This document shows positions 1-18,951 of a stretch of 64,000 bases of DNA, piece by piece (within the stretch, counting starts at the first letter, position 1; each line of letters begins with the position of its first letter). This DNA is from the human T2T-CHM13v2.0 reference genome, Homo sapiens, in assembly GCF_009914755.1 (NCBI RefSeq), contig NC_060936.1; one strand, given 5' to 3'. Made by a program: the position numbers and the translations under genes. The notes beneath the pieces are model-generated. The model worked only from the letters and a program-made list of their open reading frames with translations. It ran no database searches and was not told where the DNA came from.

Positions 1-251
1 CCTCTTAAGAATTATGATAAATCTACTCTACCCATGCTCTATAAATGGATTCACTATTGTAGATGCCACTAAGAGCATTCATGATTCGCCAGAGGAAGTA
101 AAAATAGCAGCAGTAATAGGAGGTTGGAAGAAGTTGATTCCAACCGTCATAAATGATTTTGAGGGGTTCAAGACTTTAGCAGAGGAAGTAACCACAGTTG
201 TGGTGAAGATAGCAAGAGAACTAGTATTACAAGTGGAGCCTGAAGATGTGA

Positions 252-571
<320 letters not shown>

Positions 572-1105
572 AAATTGCTGCAATCTTAGTGGATGAAGAG
601 TTGCTTATTATGAATGAGCAAAGAAAGTGGTTTCTTGGGATGGAATCTACTCCTGATGAAGATGCCATGAACATGTGGAAAGAACAACAAAGGACTTAGA
701 ATATTCCATAAATTTAGTTTATAGAGGAGTGGCAGGGTTTGAGAGGATTAGTTCCAGTTTTGATATAAATTCTACTGTGGGTAAAATGCTAACAAACTGT
801 ACAGCATGCTACAGTGAAATCTTTTGTGAAAGCAAGAGTCAGTCAATGCGGCAAACTTCATTGTCATGTTATTTTAAGAAATTGCCACAACCTCTCCAGC
901 CCTCAGCAACCATCACCCTGATCAGTCAGTAGCTATCAACACTGAGGCAAAACCATCCACCAGCAAAGTGATGGTGACTTGATGAAGGCCCAGATGATGG
1001 TTAGCATTTTTTGGCAATCAAGTATTTTCAAAGTAAGGTATTTACACTATATTTTAGACATAATGCTATTGCACACTTAATTGACTACAGTAGTTTAAAC
1101 ATAAC

Positions 1106-1384
1106 TTTTTTTTTTTTTTTTGAGATGGAGTCTCACTCTGTTGCCCAGGTTGGAGTGCAGTGGTGTGATCTTGTCTCACTGCAAACTCTGCCTCCCATGT
1201 TCAAACAATTCTCCTGCCTCAGCCTCTTGAGTAGCTAGGAATACAGGCGCTCACCACCATTTTTCTATTTCCACAGGGTTTCCCCATGTTGGCCAGGCAG
1301 GTCTCGAACTTCTGACCTTGGGTGATCCACCCGCCTCGGCCTCCCAATGTGCTGGGATTACAGGCTTGAGCCACCATGCCTGGC
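1106..1384 (-). mobile_element. AluS (central linker partly deleted) inserted in Tigger1
   Basis: poly-T plus reverse Alu; imperfect TSD aacataactttt / aacacaactttt. Confidence 0.9.
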
Positions 1385-1524
1385 AACACAACTTTTATGT
1401 GCACCAGAAAGCAAAGAATTTCTTGTGACTTGCAAAAAATTTCGTGTGACTTGCTCTATTGTGATATTCGCCTTATTGTGGTGACTTAGAACCAAACCTG
1501 AAATATCTCCAAGGTGTGCCTGTA

Positions 1525-1960
1525 CCCCTGAAAGCAGAGCTGGAGTAAAGACTTGGGTGTGGATGGTTTATTTGGGAAGTGATTCCAAGAAGCAAGAGTG
1601 AGATGTGGGAAGAGTGAACCAGGCAAGAAAAAAAAGCCAAAATAATGGCATGCTACTGAGGCTGCCCCCATGCACTTTTTTTATGCGGGACCTTCCGAGA
1701 GGCTCTGGAAAGTTATCCAGGACTGTCCATCTGAAACATGAGCCTCGAGCATTTGCCCACCTGTCCCACACTGTTTGAGGTCTTCCCCTGAGGCTGTTAA
1801 CCTGCAAGTGTTTCTGGGCTGTATTTGTGCTCAGGCAAAATCCTATAATAGTGGAGATGTCCTGGGGCAGAAAGTGTAGCTTGAGTTTGCTGGCAGCAAA
1901 AGGGAAGCCTGTGCTTCAGTGGAGCTCCCCACGGTGGCTGAGACTGAATGAAAAGTGTGC
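1525..1960 (-). mobile_element. ERVL LTR (LTR16/LTR33-like) fragment
   Basis: Reverse complement reads ...ggaatcacttcccaaataaaccatccacacccaagtctttactccagctctgctttc, typical of the LTR16/33 3' end; far boundary approximate. Confidence 0.6.
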
Positions 1961-1989
1961 TGAGAAGTCATGATGCAGTCGTCATTGCA

Positions 1990-2590
1990 CGGAGGAATCG
2001 TAGCCATCGATCTTGGCAAGAGGACCCCCACCCTGAATCCTGCGCTTGAGAAGGTGCCTCTCTGGCCCTCCACTGACTGTACCCTGGCCCACCCAGAGCT
2101 CTCACCCTCTCTTCTAGGGCACATGCTGGGCACTCAGTCCCCTGGCTAAATGTGCCTGAGCCTGCATGGCCTCTTCCCTGGGTCCATTTCAAAATGCAAA
2201 CTGTGTTTGTCCAAATGGTGCCCAAGGCTCTGCTGTCTGAAGGGGTGAGAATGGTAGATGGAGCTTGCATGGAGCCTAGGGAGTCCCTCACACAGGGGTA
2301 CGCAAGGCTTCTCAAGTAAGGACAGGGCTAGCTTTGATGAAAGAAAAAAGTTTAGCCTGGGGCTGAGGGTCAGCTCTCCCTTTACTACTGCATTCCCGTG
2401 CAGAGCACCAAGAAATCAGAGAATTCTACACTCGACTTCGACCTTGTGGGTTATTATGGTGGTATATTTATGGAAGTAGAAGAATGGAATGTATTTAGCT
2501 ATTTTTTAGCTTCATTTATAATTCATAATTATTTAGACATAATGCAAATATGGGCTGGAATTCATGTTCTGATTTCTGTGGCCTTGAGCT
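1990..2590. mobile_element. hAT-Tip100 MER115/Zaphod-like fragment
   Basis: GC-rich start then gaattctacactcgacttcgacctt...ttagcttcatttataattcataattatttagacata, resembling MER115; boundaries approximate. Confidence 0.45.
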
Positions 2591-2963
2591 AAGGAAAAGG
2601 GACCCAGGAAATGGGCTTTATGTGCTTGGATGGCTTCATGGAATCCCCAACTTCATTAGCTTCTGTGATGACTCAAGATTGTTACTAAAATCCACTTTGT
2701 ATTATCTTTAAAAACCAAGGGATATTATGTAGCTCAGCAGTTAGAAGGCACTTGACTCAAAATATCTATGAACCAAAGGATATAAATGACTAAGAGCAGG
2801 AGGATCATTACCTGAAGGGGTGGAAGGTTGATCTCAGGATATGACCTGTGAGATCCTTCCTGCTGGCTCAGTGCTGACTGAACGTGGGGCAGGAGAGCCC
2901 CAGGAGTGACACATATCTGGGATAGGAGGGAATGCGGGGAGGAAGGAAAGAGAAATAGGCCCT

Positions 2964-3247
2964 TTTTGTTTTTATTGATACATGACAATTATAATTATTT
3001 CTAGGTTACATGTGATATTTTGATACATGCATACTTTGTGTACTGATCAAATCAAGATAGTTTGCATTTCCATACCTCAAACACTTATCATTTATTTGTG
3101 TTAGGAAAATTCCACATCTTTCCTCTAGCCATTTTGAAATGTATAATAAGTTATTGTTAATGATCATCACCTACTGTGCTACTGAACACTAGAACTTCTT
3201 CTGTTCTTTCCATCTAACTGTATTTTTGTGCCCATTAACCAACTTCT
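2964..3247 (-). mobile_element. L1MA 3' end fragment
   Basis: tacatgtgatattttgatacatgcata...gatcaaatcaagatag...ctaactgtatttttgtgcccattaaccaa matches reversed L1MA 3'UTR. Confidence 0.8.
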
Positions 3248-3532
3248 GGGAAGGGCAAAAGAGTGGGTGGATGAAAAGAGCCATTCTTAATGCAAAGAAA
3301 ATCTTACAAGAAGGGAAGACATCTTAGGAGGAAAAATAAAAAGGTGGACCATGGGCTTAGAGTGGGGACTGCAGAAATTGAATGGTAAAGAAAAAACCAA
3401 CTTAGCGATGTGAAAATAAATCTCAATGTCATTCCTTTCACAAGTCCAATGTCTGATATTCTTTTGGCAAGCTGGATATGAAGTAGGAATCTTTCTTTGA
3501 GTCATAAATTTTCATGATTATGATTATTATTG

Positions 3533-3775
3533 AATAATAGCTGACAATTATTGAGAGCAATTATTGAGGCCAATAATTGAGCATTGACAAGCTCTTTTCA
3601 AAGGCCTTTATATATGTTTTCTCCACTTCTAACTGTTAGATATTCTTATTATTCCCATTTTGTAGACGAGGGATGCACAGGCATAAAGCCTATGTGGAGG
3701 AAGAGAACAGCTAAGTAACCTGACCATGGCCCAATAGCAAACAAATGATGGGGCCACATGCAAATCCAGGCAGAA
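3533..3775 (-). mobile_element. MIR
   Basis: aataatagctgac...attattcccattttgtagacgagg...aagtaacctgaccatgg, reverse MIR core. Confidence 0.7.
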
Positions 3776-3873
3776 CCCTTCTATTATATGAAGCTCAATG
3801 TTTTCTTGTTTGCATCTTGTTATGAATACACCTATTTGCAAAGGGGTTTTGAAGCTACATTAAAACATTATGT

Positions 3874-4177
<304 letters not shown>

Positions 4178-5024
4178 CAAGATTGAACTTTGAGCTCCTG
4201 ACCATGTCCCTAGATTGTACTCATATGTATTTTGATGTCTTCTAAGACTTATTCTTAGTGCAGTTTTTAAGTTAAAGTATTTACTGGGCATCTACTGTAT
4301 ATCAGGTGCTGAGATAGGCATCAGCGGTGCAGGGAACCTATGGCACAGTCTCTGCCCTCAAGTAACTTTCACTCACCACATATATTTATTAGGACACTGA
4401 TACATGTGTGAATATAAGATAGTAAGATAGACATTGCAACAAATAATTATTTACTGTAAAACTATTTCATAGGATTTTAATCTTAAAGTACTTTCACCCT
4501 ATTTCCAAAAAAATGTATTGCATAACTTTAAAGGGATTCTCAGTTTGAAATCATCATATGAACTGCAGTAGCATCTACTGGTGAAATACTGCTTTGTATC
4601 TATTAGAATAGTCCAAACAATTTGGAGAGAACTGCATTGTTAGTGTTGTAAAATTTACTGTCTAGAAATCTCAGAAAAGAAGAAGAAGTTCTATGGTAGA
4701 TGAATAAGATGACATCTAAACTGTTCCCTTAAGCTACTTAAGTTCTGTGGATATCTCACAGCACAAAGTTCAAGTGTTTGCCCACAACTCCTCATGCCAC
4801 AAGATGTGACACCTTTCCAATCTCTTTTTGCAAAAGTTTCCAATTCTGTCTCTTACAAGAGTACTTTTTGTACCCACATATTCCGGATTTTGTGGTGCAC
4901 GCAAAGACAAGATGGGAAGGGGGCTTCCATTTGTTGATGCCAGCTGCTCTATGGACCAGGCCCTGCCCATGCATCCATGTTGGTTCTTTTATCCCTACAT
5001 CAGCCATAGCCCATAGGGATTAAC

Positions 5025-5140
5025 CTCTATTGAACAGATGAAGAAATTGAAACTCTAAGAGAATATGCAATTTACCCAGAGTCATGCAGCTTGTGTATGT
5101 AAGAGTTGGTATGAAAATCCAATCTGAGTCTCAAGTCCCC
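5025..5140 (-). mobile_element. MIR fragment
   Basis: acagatgaagaaattgaaactctaagag...atttacccagagtcatgcagc core. Confidence 0.6.
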
Positions 5141-6123
5141 TTCCACAATATGGTTTCCATTTCATTTTGCAATCACCTTAGCTGGGATATGTCTGCTCTA
5201 AAAAGATAGTAAGTAGGAATACTTGTCTCTATACCTTAACCTAACATCCATGAGCTTCGTTTTTGTATTTGGAGGTGTCATAACATTCTAATAATTTGAT
5301 TTTATTTGAATAGTGAGTATTATACTACTCAGTCCAGAGATCTGTGACATCCCAGTCTAAACTGGATGATAGCAAAAAAGCTTCTTCAAGGAGACAAGTA
5401 TGAGTAATAAGGTCGTAATAAGTTGAATTTCTATGGAGTTGCTACTTCTGAATTTAAAGCTAGCTGAGGTTAAGTAGATATTCAAAAAGATCGCTATAAT
5501 CTTCACTTGAATAATATAAACATTTATCATTTTTTACATATTTATTTATTTATGGAATATAGATGTAATTTTAAAACAGAATATTTGCAAATTGTATTAA
5601 AATATATTAAAAACATAATACATTATGACCCAATAGAGTTTTTCACAGTAACTCAGTGTTAGTTTAAAATGTGAAATTCAATCAATATAATTCACCATAG
5701 AATATAGTGTGTATGTCAGTATAATGTATAACAAAATTGGAAAGAAGTAAATTTATCTTTGTATTTTAGTAAGATGAAATTAAAATTTTAGGGAATTTCA
5801 ACTTTCATTTTAGATCCCGGAGGGTACCTATGCAGGTTTATTACATGGGTGTATTGTATGATGCTGAGATTTGGGGTATAAATGAAGGTGTGAGTGCCTG
5901 TCTTGAATTTGCACCGAAAGCAATCTCTCCTGATCAGCAGAGAGTAAACTAACTTGAATTACACTTGAATTTCTTAGGAGAGCAGGTCACAAAGGGCAAA
6001 TTGTGGTCCATAGACAAAAGTGTCCAATGGTCTAAAATGAGCCTGCCATATCACTTAGGGTACAGGTCTTAACACAAATACATTTCAGAAAGGGGTCAAA
6101 CCCTTGTTTAAAGATAAATGTAA

Positions 6124-6250
6124 GCTGGGTGTGGAGGCACACGTCTATAGTTCCAGCTACTCAGGAGGCTGAGGCAGGTGGATCCCTTGAGTTCAGGAGT
6201 TTAATACCAGCCTGGACAACATAGGAAGATCCCATCTCAATTTTTAAAAA
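6124..6250 (+). mobile_element. FLAM (free left Alu monomer)
   Basis: Single ~125-bp Alu monomer ending in A-rich tail. Confidence 0.8.
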
Positions 6251-7049
6251 TGAGAAAAAATAGATAAATGTTAGCATATTAACATTTTAAAGAGTTTATT
6301 TAAGCAAACAGAGATTCATGGATCAGCCAGCTCCAAACTGAAAGTGGTTGGAGGATCCACTGGAGGTTTCTGTAGTGAAGGCTTTTATAGGGAGAATGTA
6401 GAAGTAGAGTAGAGAAATTATTTGTTTGGCAAAAATGTGGACAGTTGCATTATTTGAACTATCCTGGTGGTAGGTCTCTCATTACACAGCTAATACTCAG
6501 CGGGCCACTTGTTGGTGGGATAAGCTTGTTTCATTTTGTCTATGTAGGAACCCAGGCCATGGGAGCTATCTCAGCCTAATGCTCTCCTATTATGTTATTT
6601 TACAGCTTTCTGTATCAGGGTAAGTGGGGATCTTCCCCACGAGGCTTCTTACCACCCTGTTTCCCTCAGCAAAATGAAACTGTCCCTTTTGCCTCTGTAG
6701 GTGATCTTTTGAACAGGGCTTTCCTAATATTCTTAGCTCATCTTATTTTATCTTATCCTCTTCTCTGTACCTTGTTTACATGCTTCTGGAACACTTGTGT
6801 GTCTTTCACCGATCCCCTGCATTATTTAGGCAATCCTAAAAGAAGACTTCTTGGATGGATTGGTAGAGAACTGCTGGCATATTGAGCCCTCTCTCCTTGT
6901 ATCTGGAACTTTCATAATTACCTTAGTTCTCCAGGCCAATTTTGCAATTGTCTTCGTTCTCCACTTCAAAATACATTTACCTCTGACAGAAGCTGAGCAC
7001 ATAAAAAAAGGGACCTTGTCCAGTGATACATGTGAAGCAGGAGACATGA

Positions 7050-7824
7050 TATGGTTAAAATTATAAACTAAAAGCTTTATGACACCAAAAGCATAAGTAA
7101 CAAAAGAAAAAAAATAAGTAATTTGGACTTCACCAAAATTTAAAACTTTTGTGCAATCGGAGGACAACTGGCAGAATGGAAGAAAATATTTCAAATAATA
7201 TCTTTGCTAAGGGATCAATCTGCAGAATATAGAAAGAATTCCTACAACTCAACAATAAATTAACAACCCAATTAAAAAATAGGCAAAGGACTTACATAGA
7301 AAATTTCCCAAAAAAGATATACAACTGGCCATCAAGCACATGAAAGATGCTCAACATCACTGATTACTAAGGAAATACAAATCAAAACCATAGTAAGATA
7401 CCACTTCATACACATTAAGATGGCAATCATCAAAAAAGCAGGGAATAAAAAGTGTTGGTGAGGATGTAGCCAAGTCGAAACTCTTGTACATTGCCGGTGG
7501 ACTCTACAGCAGTATAGTCATGGTGGAAAAGAGTACAGTGGTTCCTAAATTAAAAACCAATGGAACATAGGCTGGGCTCAGTGGCTCATGCCTGTTATCC
7601 TAGCACTTTAGGACACTGAGGTGGCCAGATCATGAGGTCAGGTGTTCAAGACCAGCCTGACCAACATGGTGAAACCCTGTCTCAACTAAAAGTACAAAAA
7701 TTAGCTGGGTGTGGTGCTGTGTGCCTGTAATCCCAGCTACTCAGGAGGCTGAGGCAGCAGAATCACTTGAATTTGGGAGGAGGAGGTTGCAGTGAGCCAA
7801 GAGAGTCAGACTCAAGCTCAAAAA

Positions 7825-7863
<39 letters not shown>

Positions 7864-8085
7864 AAATGAAACATAGAATTACTATATCAGTCAGCAAGTC
7901 CACTTCTGGGTTTAAACGCACAAAAATTGAAAGCAGGGACTTCAACAGATATTTGCAAATTCATGTGCACAGCAACATTATTCATGATAGCCAAAAGGTG
8001 GAAGCATTCATTGACAGAGGAATGGATAAACAAAATGTGGTACAGATATGCAGTGGAATATTACTTAGCCTTAAAAAGGGACATT
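7050..8085 (+). mobile_element. L1MB-type ORF2 3' end / 3'UTR fragment (split by Alu)
   Basis: atgacaccaaaagcataagtaacaaaagaaaaaa...gatgctcaacatcactgattactaagg...gaatggataaacaaaatgtgg. Confidence 0.8.
7570..7865 (+). mobile_element. AluS (right-arm deletion) with (TAAA)n tail
   Basis: Alu dimer; imperfect TSD aatggaacatag / aatgaaacatag. Confidence 0.9.
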
Positions 8086-9176
8086 CTGTGGAATGTGGTT
8101 TGAAAACCACTTCTGTAAGGTGTTGTGCAAATGTACAAAATCCAAACCAGGGTAATAACCTCAAAATATAAAATTTAACTTATAATATTAAGACCCTGAT
8201 AAATTTCACTTTCTGCTTCATAGCAAATAATTTGTTTTGAATGCAGATATATTTTGTTAAGTAGAAGACTGTGCACTAAAATATAGTCCTTAAACCAAAA
8301 TCCTATGTATAAAACCACATATTTTCTATTGATTTGCATTTTTAAATGTAAAAATGGATTCACATTTCTATTTGTAAAATCCCAGACTCAAAATACTTTT
8401 ACTGCTGTGATTCCATGTCTTATTTACTGAGGAGGCAAACCATACTAACCCAGAATCAGGGTTTTGTGACCATCCATTTTAAATATAATTGCCTCTACTA
8501 TTTCTAAGTCCCTGTTCTGCAACCCTGTGGGTCTTTTAAATTTGAGAAACAGTTTTGATGGGCCCTGTATTGAGTATTATTATTTCCCAGAGGTACTATT
8601 AATAGTTTATGGCCAGACCATCCATCCCTGAGCTTCCATTAAAAGAAAGAGGGTCTAGGTCACTGCAACTTTTTCCCATCATTGACCATCTGTCCTTGCT
8701 CCTCAAGAGCTCCCCGTGCCTCCCTGTGTATGTCTATCCCTGCAAATGCCAAGGATATGGAATAAGTGAGCCTACTGCCCCTGTGGCACTGCAGGGGGAC
8801 TCCTTGGTGAAGTGTCTACATCTATCTGATGTCTCCTCACTTCTTCAATCTGTTCACTAATGTAGAATTAGGTCAGGCACAAGCTATCACAAAAAAAGAA
8901 ACATAGAGTGTTTGATGTCCACAAATGTATTCACTGTAGGTAACTTAGAAATACATACGCACAAAATCCAAACCAAATATACACCCTAAATATCACCACT
9001 AGAAACAACTATTTTGGAATAATTATAGTACTCTCATTATTATTTTAATTAGTCACTTGTGATCTCTTTTACTTAAAACTTAAAAACTGGGTACTAAATG
9101 ATTTTTTTAAGATATGCAACTGGTAGATAAAGCTAATCTACTATTTTCACAAAACTTCCACACAATAAACACTTAT

Positions 9177-11577
<2,401 letters not shown>

Positions 11578-12576
11578 AGAGAAAATCTCTTAAAACTTCA
11601 CAGAATCTCTAACTTTATTAATATAATCAGCATACAATAAGGTAATCATAAAGGTATCATGAGAAATAAAATTTCATGAAAGCATATGTTTGTAGAAATA
11701 GCTTGTTTCAGGAAAAACATAATCTTATTTTTAAAAAATTGTCTCATAATATTTTATGGCATAAAATATCTTCTTTTCTGGCAGCCATGTTTATCTTTAC
11801 AAAATACACATAGTAATCAACTAATAGCCAATCCTCATCAGGATCAAGTAAAATCAGTTGTTAAAGTAATATAAATTAATATACATTTATTAGGGAAATT
11901 CCATGAATTATCTTTTGGACCAAAAAACTATCTAGTCTGTAAATGGATCAGGTTTAGTGCGTTTACAGGGTAGGTACTGAGGCCAGAAACATTCAAGAGA
12001 GAGATTCAGACTTCAGAAAAACGAACGTGAGAGAGTTAGCTGCAGAGCAAAAGCACTAATTCAGGACTGGTGGAATAGGATAGCATACAAAAGACATGCG
12101 GAAGAAGAGAATATTTGTTTCCATGCATGCATGTATTGATATAAGCAAGCTTCCATCAAAAAATGACTTTCTTCTAAAGGTTCATATGGCATAAACATTA
12201 ACACTTTTCCTTTACTGCCTCACAGATAAGCTTTTCCTCCAAAGATTCTCTTTCTGGAAAAGTAAAGTCCAGAAAGAGAAATATTTAATTGTTACAGTCA
12301 TAAAAATTATACTTATTCACTAATGCTGCAGCCAAGGTAGAAGAGAGAGAAGTTCCAACTTTAGCCATACTTTCATCAACTTTTCCTTCTACTTTTAAAG
12401 ACAAGCATACAGAAATGAAAGTGAGTGTTGTTATTCTGGAGAAATTATCTTAAATTTATGAAAGAACAAATTACTCATGAGATTTTGTAATCAGTAATAC
12501 ATTTCTTATTATAGTTTTTATCAGTGTGCCTCAACTGAGAAGGTTGAGACTTTCTGCTCAACATGATACCATATTA

Positions 12577-12923
12577 CAGTCATGCACCACATAACAAGGT
12601 TTGGTCAATGACAGACTTGTATATACAATGGTACATCCATAAGACTATCTTACTGCATTTTACTGTACCTTTTCTATGCTGATGTTTGTTTAGAAACACA
12701 AATATCTACCATTGTGTTACAATTGCCTACAGTATTGAGTAAAGTAACATGCTATAAAGTTTTGTAGCCTAGTAGCAATAGGCCATACCATATTGCCTAG
12801 TTGTGTAGTAGTGGGCTGCAATTTAGGTTAGTGTAAGTACACTCTATGATGTTTGCAGGAAAATGAAATTGCCCAACAATGCATTTTTCAGAAAGTATCT
12901 CTGTTATTAAGTGATGCATGATT
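12577..12923 (+). mobile_element. Tigger3a/MER7-type non-autonomous DNA transposon
   Basis: Degenerate TIRs cagtcatgcaccacataac ... gttattaagtgatgcatgatt with flanking TA; typical internal ccattgtgttacaattgcctacagtatt. Confidence 0.85.
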
Positions 12924-13369
12924 TTATTCCCCCTCCCTTCTTATTCACCTGACTCCTCATTTTTTCATACCTTACTTAACTCATCATTCGTCAATTCTTG
13001 CAAGTTCTTACTCCTCTGCAGTGTATTTAACATTCATCCTTTCACTATCATTTCCATTGTCATGTCTCATATTTCTATTCTGTCATCTGGAAAATTGCAA
13101 AGTTTCCATGATATGGCACATTGGGGCCTGAGAATATTTATATGTACATTTTCCACTTCTATTGCACTCTGTCATGAAATTCAGTGACCACAGTAGTTCC
13201 TTGTTCAAAAGCCACCAATGGCTTTAAAGCACTTATCTAAAAGTGTTCAAGTAGCCTGGTCAAATATCAACATAGCTTACAATGATTTCACTCTTATTCT
13301 ACATAAAGGTTATGATTTAATCTGGACATATCTTGTTCTTTCCTGATTCTTATCAGACCATTTTTTCTG

Positions 13370-13495
13370 TCCTCTAGAATATAGATTTCATGTGGCCAGA
13401 AAATTTTTCTGTTTTGTTCTCTGCTGTACTCATGGTCCCTAATGATGTGTAGGCATTTAACAAATATTAACAATGAGAATTTTTTAATGAATCAG
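13370..13495 (+). mobile_element. L2 3' end
   Basis: ctagaatatagatttcatgtggccaga...tctgttttgttctctgctgta...taggcatttaacaaatatt. Confidence 0.65.
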
Positions 13496-14007
13496 TTCAT
13501 AAATACATGAATATTTCAAATAGTTTTGTCCACATTTTTTAACCTCTGGAAATCACCCACTTTTTATTTTTGAATGCCATTGACCACAGTGACTGGTTTG
13601 TTGTCATCATAAAGGAAGATGGATCAGAATGAGTAAGAATTCTTTGATGAGTTTTAGGAAAGTGGAAAGATGTCCTGTTATTGTTTATTCAACAAATGCT
13701 TACTGATTAACTCCTGTGTTCAAGGACCTTACTCTGTTGTTTCTATCTTCAAAGGCCTCAAAATCTAGAACTTGAGATAAAAAGAAAACCTACTTAGGAT
13801 ATATTGTTTGTTTCAATATTTTGATATTTAATCATAAAATAAAATGAAAAAATATAAGTCAGTTATTGTATTTACTTGGATCCATTGGAGAATCTCTGAA
13901 AAGGTCACTCAGAAGCCAGATTTGAAGAGCGAGTTGAAATTTACTGGAGACATATAGAGGAAGGGAACAGTTAGAAGATAGCCCATGAGTGGATTTAAGA
14001 ATTTTTA

Positions 14008-14308
14008 GACCAGTTGTGGTGGCTCATGCCTGTAATTTCAGTACTTTGGGAGGCTAAGGTGGGAAGATCACTTGAGGCCAGGAGATCAAGACCAGCCTGG
14101 TCAACAGAGTGAGACCCCATCTCTACAAAAATGAAAAGCAAAAAATTAGCTGGGTGTGGCTGCACACCCTTGTAGTCCAAGCTATTCTAGAGTCTGAAGA
14201 GGGAGGATTGCTTGAACCCAGGAGTTCAAGGCTGCAGGGAACCATGATTACACCACTATACTCCCCCAGGCTAGGTGATAGAACACAATCCTGTCTCTTA
14301 AAAAAAAT
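14008..14308 (+). mobile_element. AluJ
   Basis: Diverged dimer with J-type ggattgcttgaacccaggagttcaaggctgcag. Confidence 0.9.
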
Positions 14309-15253
14309 ATGACTTTGAAACATTATGATAAAGTCCTGAAAGACTCTTAGTTGCCCATCCGTTTGCACAATGGAATAACAAGTGCTGAGATAACAGAAGT
14401 GTAGGGTGCCATGAGAGCCAATTGGAAGATCATTGTACCTGGATTATAGGAAGAAATAAGGGAAAGCAGCAAGGAAGATCAGGGAATGTAGAAGCTGACA
14501 CATTGCAGGTGACTCAAACATAAGTGGATGAAGAAAGAATAAGTAAAGGTCTACTTAAAAAAAAGACAATAAACAGCATCAAATTTAAGAAGTTATAAAA
14601 ATTTATTTAAAAAAGCAAGATATATGAGAGTAACAATAACAAAATCATAAATCATAAAAAATATAATTGCAAAATCCTGACTGGCTTTTTTATAAAAGAA
14701 ACAATAATAAATTAGATAAGTTTCAATAAAATTTAATCAAGATAAAATACACATTAAAAATTAGAAATAAAGCATATAACAACAGATGTGAAGATATTTA
14801 AAGTTGATACTATGATATATTAACATTTTAAGTCTTAATAAAGTAGATAATTTAACTTTAATAGGTGAACGTAGCAATAACAAAGCAGTATATACTAAAA
14901 AAGAGTAACTTTCCTCCAAAAAAACCTTTATAAGCAATGGACTTATAGATTTCCTTCAATAATCAAGAAATATGAAATGTCAACAAAATGTTCAATGACA
15001 TAGAAAAATGGGGGGGAACAAAATTTTTAACAGAACTTTTGTAAATCTGATATATAATCTGATAATGGCAACAGTGAAGAAAATTACAGAACTTCTTTCA
15101 GATAAACATATGGAAAATCTTAGAAAAACTTACCAATATATTAATAGAAAGTAATATAAAAATCAGAATAAATATCAAAATTATTGAACAAAACTCAAGA
15201 TTGATTTCTGATTAAAAAGAAAAATACAGTTATAGGGAAAAGTTGAATTACTA

Positions 15254-17133
<1,880 letters not shown>

Positions 17134-18815
17134 AAGGATGCCAATCTAAAATTTGCTAATAGCATCATATTTACAAAATAATAACTATTAACATGAGAAG
17201 GAAAGTAAGATTTAATAATTAGCATTATATTACAATTCTGGGAATTCTGATCAATGCAATAAAATATCAAGTGGAAATAACTAATTCGAAAGAGGTGATA
17301 ACATATTATTTACAAATATTACAAGTATAAGGAACCTTAAAATGATCATTTTCTATAATTTATTATAATAAATTGTTAAAGTCTACCTTAGGAAAATAAT
17401 ACTAAGAGAAAATGTTAACAAAAATATCTTTGGAGTTTTCTATGTTATCAAAATTTGGAAAAGCCTAAATATTTAGCTAGAAGGAAACAGTACATTGATA
17501 TAGACTGGCATTAAACTTAGTTTCTTGATTTGATTAAACTTAGTTTCTATGAGACATTTGTATCACTCAAAGTTGTATGTATAGACACTGATTGAAACAC
17601 AAAGTGGGTTATAATATCGAATATGTGATATAATGGCAACCATGAAGAAAATATCAGAGAACCAAATAGAAGGAAAAGAGCAGAACCTGAATAAAGATTA
17701 CCTTTGGACAGTGGGATCTTAGTTCCTTTTAATCTTCCTACTAATTTAAAATTTGCAAATGTATTACCTTGAGAATATGAGAATACATTATATTTATAAT
17801 TAGAAAACATAAAATGAGTGCTAAATAAACAAATATACCAAATTCTGTTTAGAATTGACTTCCCCAAGAAACTTTCCTTGATTAATCCCACTGGCATTGA
17901 TCATTATTTTCTATGGCACCCCCATACTTATGTATTCAGTTTCTACCATATTAATTTGTATGTTTTAAAAAGTCAATTTATGAGCATAATTATGGCATTT
18001 CTACATTTATATAGTGTAGTCTCCAAACTGAATTATAAGCTTGAGGATATGAGGAACCACAGTGTATTTCCAACTATATTTATGCAATAAATCATGTGGT
18101 ACTTTTCACGGAGTGAATGTTGTTAACTTACTGAACACCTGATGAAACATGGGAAAGATGGCCATATCTGACAAGAGGAACAGATGTGAAATAAAATCCA
18201 ACATTCTGTATAATTCTTACTGTCTCTTAACCCTACTTGTTGAATTACAAAAACTACATATACAAAAATTTGAGCATTATACTCTTCAGCTGTACATTAT
18301 CATTTCAAAACAAACTTATACATGGCTCTCACTATTACAATAATCTTCCCACTGTAAAAACTTTTAAGCTGTAACTTTCTGCCATTATTACATTACCTTC
18401 ATATTAGCTTATGCCATACTTCTTTCTGAGTTTCTGTCAATATTCATCTGAAGTATTTTTGTGTAAAAATTAGATAGTAACAGGAAAATAGATAACTGCT
18501 TCTGATAGGTAGAAGTCATTACTACAGCTTTGCCTATTAACACATACACACTATTTCTTCATGTCCCAGATGTTCAGGTATATGGGAATGAACAAAATTA
18601 ATGAGTTGGAACCACTTGATTCAGTTATTCTGGTGACAAACAATCTGTATAGCTCATTGGCGATTGTTTTACCTTTGACAAAGTGGCTGCAATTGTTACT
18701 TGCAGATGTAGCCACACTTAATTTCTTTTCTCCACTCCCCACTGCATTGTATTTGTTATTCTTGATATGAGAAATGTGTTAAGAAACATGCCGCTAACTG
18801 CATGTGCTCCCTATA

Positions 18816-18951
18816 CAATTAGCTACAGAAAGAGGTGATGACTCCTATTATTCACAAATATTACAAGTATAAAGAACCTTAAAATAATCATTTTCTATAA
18901 TTTGTTGTCATTTGTTAAGTTTATTTTAACAATTATCAATTAGCTACAGAA
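18816..18951. repeat. Local templated duplication: copy of about 17288-17385 flanked by a perfect 15-bp direct repeat
   Basis: CAATTAGCTACAGAA at 18816-18830 and 18937-18951; the interior aligns to 17288-17385. Confidence 0.85.
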
